Below are positions 34,599 through 38,370 of a stretch of DNA of 38,370 nucleotides, one piece after another. How positions within the stretch are numbered: the stretch's first letter is position 1; each line of letters begins with the position of its first letter. The notes under the pieces were generated by a model. That model was not told where the DNA came from and searched no databases. It saw nothing but the letters and a program-made list of their open reading frames with translations. Position numbers and translations under genes: made by a program. This stretch comes from a virus: the IMG/VR virus record IMGVR_UViG_3300048599_000037, positions 1-38,370 of that record. The stretch is one strand, 5' to 3'.

Positions 34599-35086
34599 TA
34601 TTCATTCTCCTTTAAATATCCAATGACAGTAAAGTCAGGGTTTTTGTATGCAACTTTGTATTGGGCTTTAGGAAGTTCAGTATGAATCACTGGCGCAAAG
34701 CCTTTAAAAGTAACTTCCCAGTAGCAAGAAACACCTTCATCAGATAATTCATCAACAATGGCCTGCATTTCTTTGAAACCACACTCTTTGTAATCAGTGA
34801 TGTCACCACCGTCTTGATCTACTTCAAACACATGAGAGTCATCGAATAGTTCTTCTAGAGTGTTACCAGAAGCTTGTAAGTCATAAGATCTCCAAGCTCC
34901 AGCGTCTGCAAATTCTTTATAATCAGAGATTTCTAAGTTGTATTTTTTTTCATGACTACACCAATACCTGAATGAAAGATTTGATTGATTTGTGGAAAGT
35001 GTGTGATTCGCCTTCTTGCCCATTTCTGAAAGTTGAAACACAAACTGCTTTACCTTCTTGAAAGAAGTAAGATCCAGTTTTACCAT
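34598..35086 (-). CDS. Acidic early protein (5' end uncertain)
   Basis: The C-terminal ~113 aa hold about 24 D/E against about 9 K/R by hand count. The N-terminal 44 codons overlap the upstream ORF, and an A8 tract sits at 34943-34950. Confidence 0.5.
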   Translation of the reverse strand: MVKLDLTSFKKVKQFVFQLSEMGKKANHTLSTNQSNLSFRYWCSHEKKYNLEISDYKEFADAGAWRSYDLQASGNTLEELFDDSHVFEVDQDGGDITDYKECGFKEMQAIVDELSDEGVSCYWEVTFKGFAPVIHTELPKAQYKVAYKNPDFTVIGYLKENE

Positions 35087-35183
35087 TTTTACCGATTACA
35101 TAAACTTGGTTAGAACCAGATACAGCCATCATTGTAGGTAGACCGGCTTGAGCAATTTTATTTTCTAAAGACATTGTTTTCAT
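34956..35183 (-). CDS. Hypothetical first early protein
   Basis: I prefer ATG 35183 (MKTMSLENK..., SD AAGGAA) to the track start at 35240, which would run through the operator. Confidence 0.5.
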   Translation of the reverse strand: MKTMSLENKIAQAGLPTMMAVSGSNQVYVIGKNGKTGSYFFQEGKAVCVSTFRNGQEGESHTFHKSIKSFIQVLV

Positions 35184-35199
35184 TTGTTCGATTCCTTTT

Positions 35200-35262
35200 C
35201 TTGAAACCAAACTAACAAAGTGTAATACACCTGACAACAACTATTTTAATTTTATTTATTAT
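35200..35262 (-). promoter_or_regulatory. Leftward early promoter-operator cassette
   Basis: Perfect palindrome GTGTA-A-TACAC at 35220-35230. The minus strand reads AATTAAAATA-GTTGTTGTCA-GGTGTATTACA-CTTTGTTAGTTT, with possible -35 TTGTCA, a 17-nt spacer and TAGTTT. It is a paralogous copy of the cassette at 33127-33190. Confidence 0.5.
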
Positions 35263-35267
35263 TTGTG

Positions 35268-35282
35268 ATGCACTATGTGCAT
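35268..35282. promoter_or_regulatory. 15-bp palindrome ATGCAC-TAT-GTGCAT
   Basis: Read directly. It lies just upstream of the leftward promoter cassette. Confidence 0.5.
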
Positions 35283-35293
35283 AAGTGCACTTA

Positions 35294-35310
35294 ATTGGCT
35301 GTTCATTAAA
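35294..35310. repeat. Direct repeat ATTGGCTGTTCATTAAA (copy 1)
   Basis: Matches 35429-35445 (ATTGGCTGTTTCATAAA). A partial copy, CCGGCTGTTTAAC, lies at 35324-35336. Confidence 0.7.
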
Positions 35311-35370
35311 AAGATTGATAAATCCGGCTGTTTAACTTTTCCCATCGGCTTGCAATTGCGAAGCAATTCA

Positions 35371-35417
35371 AACGAGGTCCAAGCGGTAGCGCGGCAGGGA
35401 TGCAAGACATTCTCGTT
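35371..35417. other. GC-rich stem-loop (aacgag ... ctcgtt closing stem)
   Basis: A 6-bp closing stem encloses gtccaagcggtagcgcggcagggatgcaagacatt. It is locally far more GC-rich than its flanks and sits between the direct repeats. Confidence 0.45.
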
Positions 35418-35428
35418 AATTTAATCAG

Positions 35429-35445
35429 ATTGGCTGTTTCATAAA
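35429..35445. repeat. Direct repeat ATTGGCTGTTTCATAAA (copy 2)
   Basis: See 35294-35310. The copies start 135 bp apart. Confidence 0.7.
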
Positions 35446-35693
35446 CTAGATATAGGAATCCCCTACCTGTAGGGAAAACAGTTTTAAAAAATACTTTTGA
35501 ACCCGCTTACTTCTTAGATTCAGCAAGGTTTATATGTCTAATAAGGTTAGTGGCCTTTCGCTTGGAGCTAATTCCTGTCGCTTTCCAAGTGCTCCGGTCG
35601 GTAGATAAGGGGGAGCCCTGTCAGTTGATCCCAAAACGGGGCACAACTATTTTTTAACGATCCACTAAACTTAATAAACTTTTAAAGAAGTAA

Positions 35694-35722
35694 TTGACCT
35701 GAAACGGTCTATGACATAATAA
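35694..35722 (+). promoter_or_regulatory. Sigma70-like rightward promoter
   Basis: TTGACC at 35694-35699, then CATAAT at 35715-35720 (15-nt spacer) or TAATAA at 35717-35722 (17-nt spacer). Confidence 0.5.
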
Positions 35723-35728
35723 TGAGTC

Positions 35729-35783
35729 TATCAGTAATCATTATTAAATGCTTGGAGATGACCTCTTCAGGCATTTTCTTTAT
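35729..35783 (+). ncRNA. Predicted ~55-nt transcript or leader ending in a 13-bp hairpin and T-run (terminator/attenuator 35746-35783)
   Basis: 35746-35758 pairs with 35764-35776 (13 bp including 2 G.U, loop TGACC), followed by TCTTTAT. It lies about 20 nt downstream of the predicted start site. Confidence 0.45.
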
Positions 35784-35839
35784 CAGTTCAAACATCATCA
35801 CACGACAATCCAAATTTAAGCAATAATCATTTTTTACAG

Positions 35840-35848
35840 TGTAATACA
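35840..35848. promoter_or_regulatory. Operator-like site TGTAATACA (context AGTGTAATACAATTTT)
   Basis: Same core as 33143, 33172 and 35221. Its context matches the minus-strand reading of the 33172 site (GGTGTAATACAATTAAAA). Confidence 0.45.
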
Positions 35849-35870
35849 ATTTTACTGCGCACTTCATTTA

Positions 35871-35948
35871 CCCGCGGTCTGCAAACACTACGAGCAGCCG
35901 GCCGGACCGGTACCATGTCACTAAATAACAGATTTTTGGATCCAAAAA
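35871..35948. other. GC-rich island dense in perfect palindromes
   Basis: CCGCGG 35872-35877, CCGGCCGG 35898-35905, ACCGGT 35906-35911, GGTACC 35909-35914, and the 16-bp TTTTTGGATCCAAAAA at 35933-35948. GAGCTC and CTGCAG follow within the next 25 bp. Confidence 0.8.
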
Positions 35949-35980
35949 GGAAGAGCTCGAATTGCTGCAGCTCTTTTTGC
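35948..35980 (+). terminator. Second hairpin plus T-run in the rightward leader
   Basis: aagagct (35951-35957) pairs with agctctt (35969-35975) and is followed by TTTGCTT. It is weaker than the first hairpin (7 bp, 11-nt loop). Confidence 0.35.
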
Positions 35981-36076
35981 TTATTACCTGGACTTTTCTT
36001 GCAATTACACATATCGTCATAATTACAGATCATTTCATTGATTTAAGTCGGTTAGTTAGCCAAACTTTTATTTGAC

Positions 36077-36406
36077 ATGACAAAATGCCTCAAAACGCTT
36101 CAAAAAGAATGGTACAAAAAAATAGAAGCCCAAGGCTTCACTGACATCGAATACCCCACTGGCCAAGTAAAAAAGTTCCAAGCATCCATCCACAAAATCG
36201 AACATACCCAAAAATACTTCTCAATCGCCCAAGACTTCTTAAATAACTTCACATTCAATTCTGAATTAGATAAACAGATCTGGGCCCTACACTGCGAAGG
36301 CTGGAGCTACCGTCAAACCGCTAAAATCTTAAATATTGGAACTAACAAAACCCAATACCGAATGACTAAACTTAAAACAATCATGGAAATCTGGAGAAAA
36401 CTATAA
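36077..36406 (+). CDS. Sigma-70 region-4 / LuxR-like HTH protein (candidate activator), first gene of the rightward operon
   Basis: DKQIWALHCEGWSYRQTAKILNIGTNKTQYRMTKLKTIM resembles a region-4-type HTH. 109 aa. Confidence 0.55.
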   Translation: MTKCLKTLQKEWYKKIEAQGFTDIEYPTGQVKKFQASIHKIEHTQKYFSIAQDFLNNFTFNSELDKQIWALHCEGWSYRQTAKILNIGTNKTQYRMTKLKTIMEIWRKL

Positions 36407-36846
36407 TGACTAAATTTGAACTGCTATTTTGTATCTTAATATCAACATACGGATTCTTTAGCTTATTGTTTCAATGGCTATCTGCTGACAATAAACAGCA
36501 ACATAATTTCACTCTCATGACCCTATCTGAAAAATCTAATGAATTAAGTAAGATTAAAAGTGTAAGCTATTACAATGCTAAGGCTTATAAACATTCTGAA
36601 GCTGAGGTCAGTAATTTAACTACTCTCCTAAAGCAATTAGAGGCTGACCATAAGGATTTGTTGTCTAAGCATGAGCAATTGGTTTCTTCTTTTAATAGAG
36701 AGGCTGAAGAGCATTATCAGTTGAATGTTAACTACAAGGATTTGTTCAATAAAAACAAAGAGTTTTCGAATGTAAATGAACTTCTAACTAAGAAAGTAAT
36801 CGACCTGGAGTCTATAAGACGGAGCCGTAAAAATGATCCTAATTAG
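36406..36846 (+). CDS. N-terminally anchored coiled-coil membrane protein
   Basis: TM segment LLFCILISTYGFFSLLF followed by a charged coiled-coil. TAATG coupling. Confidence 0.55.
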   Translation: MTKFELLFCILISTYGFFSLLFQWLSADNKQQHNFTLMTLSEKSNELSKIKSVSYYNAKAYKHSEAEVSNLTTLLKQLEADHKDLLSKHEQLVSSFNREAEEHYQLNVNYKDLFNKNKEFSNVNELLTKKVIDLESIRRSRKNDPN

Positions 36847-37261
36847 ACCTTACAAAGAATCTGACCATGACTTCATTTGTTCTTCTTACTTGAAGTCTAC
36901 CTATTACAATTCAGTGGATAAAACCACACGTATGGTTAACCAACTGGACCACGACAAAGCTATGGATCGAAAGATCAATGCGATGCTGGCCCAGTCGATA
37001 ACTTTGGTGGCCTGCCCGGAATCAGATCCAGATGTGATCGTTGGTTACGTCATCTTCACAAACGATTGTTTACATTATATCTATGTTAAGAAAAGCTTTC
37101 GTGGGATGGGAGTCGGCACTGATTTAATCAAGTCATGCACTTTCGAACCGGACGAATCAGGCAGAAGGTATGTGACAGCCAGCCACTTAACGCAGGAAGG
37201 TGTTGCCATGCTTAACAGACTTTTCTTATGGTCATACAACCCTTACAAAGTACTCATTTAA
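36833..37261 (+). CDS. GNAT-family N-acetyltransferase
   Basis: MILIRPYKESD..., then VGYVIF...IYVKKSFRGMGVGTDLI, which matches GNAT motif A (R/Q-x-x-G-x-G/A). Confidence 0.7.
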   Translation: MILIRPYKESDHDFICSSYLKSTYYNSVDKTTRMVNQLDHDKAMDRKINAMLAQSITLVACPESDPDVIVGYVIFTNDCLHYIYVKKSFRGMGVGTDLIKSCTFEPDESGRRYVTASHLTQEGVAMLNRLFLWSYNPYKVLI

Positions 37262-37278
37262 ACGCACATAAATGCAGT

Positions 37279-37298
37279 TTGAATACAGATTAGATACG
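37279..37298 (+). promoter_or_regulatory. Conserved box TTGAATACAGATTAGATACG (second copy of the 16852 box)
   Basis: 37282-37297 (AATACAGATTAGATAC) matches 16852-16867 (AATACAGCTTAGATAC) at 15 of 16 positions. It lies 17 nt upstream of ATG 37314, which has no obvious SD. Confidence 0.5.
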
Positions 37299-37313
37299 TT
37301 TTGACATAGATAT

Positions 37314-37691
37314 ATGGCAAAAAAATCTACGCCTGTTAAGGCTGATAAGAAGCGTACAAGACCTAAGAAAACTGAATTTGAGAAATCACTAGAGCGTGTC
37401 ATTAAAATTGGCAAAGCTTCTGGTGTTCATGCTATTCAAACCACTGAATTTAAAATCTATTTTACGCCGGGTTCTGTTGTGACTACTCCCCAGCAGACGA
37501 CATCGACTAAGGGCCCGGCTCCCCTTACTGGCCAACCTTTAGAAAAACACAAAGTAACTGCCGGCGGAATCATGATCGATGGTGATGTCCCAAAAGAAGA
37601 AATCTTATCAGATGATGAATTCTTGTTTATGTCTACTCCATTCTTTCAACGTGAAAAGCCTTTAATGAATGGCGATGGGGAAAATCAATAA
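37314..37691 (+). CDS. Hypothetical protein with a basic N-terminus
   Basis: MAKKSTPVKADKKRTRPKK... No SD seen. Function unknown. Confidence 0.5.
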   Translation: MAKKSTPVKADKKRTRPKKTEFEKSLERVIKIGKASGVHAIQTTEFKIYFTPGSVVTTPQQTTSTKGPAPLTGQPLEKHKVTAGGIMIDGDVPKEEILSDDEFLFMSTPFFQREKPLMNGDGENQ

Positions 37692-37978
37692 TGCAGAAGT
37701 ATGTCGAACAACAGTTAACAGAGAAGATCTGGGAAACTCAGAATAAATACGTTGAGCTTTCTGAAAAGTACGTTTCTGTATTAACTGAAAATATCAAACT
37801 CAAAGAAGAACTTAATCACTATAAACAAAATACAATTCACATCGTCACAGAAAACGGAATCGGAACTGTCACGGCTGATGAATTGGCTCAAGTGAAAAAT
37901 AGATCAACTTGCTTTGGCGGTCACACCTTTAACAATCAAGATAAATGCCTTTATTGTCCTGCAACAAGGCAAACATAA
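37691..37978 (+). CDS. Hypothetical protein (coiled-coil N-terminus, C-terminal Cys cluster)
   Basis: TAATG coupling. C-terminal CFGGH...CLYC. Confidence 0.55.
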   Translation: MQKYVEQQLTEKIWETQNKYVELSEKYVSVLTENIKLKEELNHYKQNTIHIVTENGIGTVTADELAQVKNRSTCFGGHTFNNQDKCLYCPATRQT

Positions 37979-38001
37979 CACCATTAGAAAAGGATTTTTA
38001 A

Positions 38002-38370
38002 ATGGATATAAATACTATGTCTCACAACGGGAAACCTCCTGAAAAGAAACAGTCAGAAAACAAATCTCGTCGTTGGTGGTTAGAGCCAAACAACAAAATC
38101 GCTGACGCTGTTATCTCAAACTTTAATATTATCTATCAAAATGATTCTGCCAGAAGATATCAATATGAAATCTCCTCACGCCTTTACGCTAATATCAATA
38201 TCGTAGGCGCTCCCACTCAAGTCGTAACCAATCAAAAGAAAACAATTAACGACCGATTAACTTACAATTTAGTTCAATCAGTAGTTGATACTTTGATGTC
38301 TAAGTCTGCGAAGAACAGACCAAAAGCAATGTTTCTAACTGAAGGTGGGGTATTCAAACAACAGCGCAAA
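38002..38370 (+). CDS. Portal protein, N-terminal part (continues at base 128 of the window through the repeat)
   Basis: ATG 38002 preceded by AAAAGGA. The frame stays open to the window end and is in frame with 50..1648. Confidence 0.7.
   Translation, partial: MDINTMSHNGKPPEKKQSENKSRRWWLEPNNKIADAVISNFNIIYQNDSARRYQYEISSRLYANINIVGAPTQVVTNQKKTINDRLTYNLVQSVVDTLMSKSAKNRPKAMFLTEGGVFKQQRK
38244..38370. repeat. Terminal direct repeat, copy 2 (identical to 1..127)
   Basis: See 1..127. Confidence 0.95.

Noticed and set aside
35455-35490. Hairpin CCCTA-CCTG-TAGGG followed by AAAACAG, resembling a Cas6-type CRISPR repeat (solitary repeat or RNA anti-CRISPR idea)
   Set aside because: It is a single copy with only a 5-bp stem. 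There are no spacer-repeat periodicity and no matching repeat elsewhere in the window. I also cannot compare it with any host CRISPR repeat, so the idea is unsupported as it stands.
35871-35980. Restriction-site cluster (SacII, NaeI/EagI, AgeI, KpnI, BamHI, SacI, PstI) as an engineered polylinker
   Set aside because: The sites are separated by irregular non-vector-like sequence, and their order matches no polylinker I know. The flanks also carry phage-specific operator motifs. I consider it natural palindromic DNA, but a vector screen (VecScreen) would settle the question.
35827-36033. 68-aa minus-strand ORF spanning the palindrome island
   Set aside because: There is no Shine-Dalgarno sequence before the ATG. 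The product is Cys- and Lys-rich with an implausible sequence. The ORF owes its openness to a GC-rich palindromic stretch. I treat it as non-coding, though only translation data could exclude a micro-protein.
37301-37316. Leaderless mRNA for 37314..37691 (TTGAAT-N17-TGACAT would place the start site at the ATG)
   Set aside because: The proposed -10 (TGACAT) lacks the critical A2, so the arrangement could be coincidental. I keep it only as a remark under the conserved-box finding.

Overview
The window is one complete dsDNA phage genome that has been linearised artificially. Bases 1-127 recur exactly at 38244-38370, so the unique length is 38,243 bp, and the portal gene runs across that junction. 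Hand counts of sample lines give roughly 40% GC. I see no tRNA, rRNA, CRISPR array, integrase, DNA or RNA polymerase, helicase or primase.

Layout:
- Rightward block 36077 -> 8070, through the junction: a sigma-r4-like HTH, a membrane coiled-coil protein, a GNAT, the portal, a non-structural island (LuxR/GerE HTH, lipoprotein transglycosylase, metallophosphoesterase, Fis-like HTH), a scaffold-like protein, then small and large terminase.
- Leftward block 16785 -> 7949: fibre and receptor-binding genes, including two proteins with Sec signal peptides and a glycine-repeat protein. These are followed by small membrane proteins, an HNH homing endonuclease and a lipoprotein gene whose 3' end overlaps terL.
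- Rightward block 17016 -> 29896: capsid, adaptor-like protein, a 1199-aa tail protein and a T7-style three-protein internal core that includes a transglycosylase domain.
- Leftward early-type block 35183 -> 30170: small proteins, a zinc-ribbon protein, an AT-rich outlier gene, an RHH protein, RecT, a TIGR02594/CHAP-like hydrolase and a basic-tailed membrane protein.

The part least explained by ordinary annotation is the 840-bp ORF-poor divergent control region at 35241-36076. It holds a promoter followed by a 13-bp hairpin and T-run (a predicted ~55-nt RNA or attenuator), a GC-rich island packed with perfect palindromes, spaced direct repeats around a GC-rich stem-loop, and TGTA-W-TACA operator-like sites that recur at a second leftward promoter.

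All functional calls rest on motif recognition by eye and on gene order. No database search was possible.
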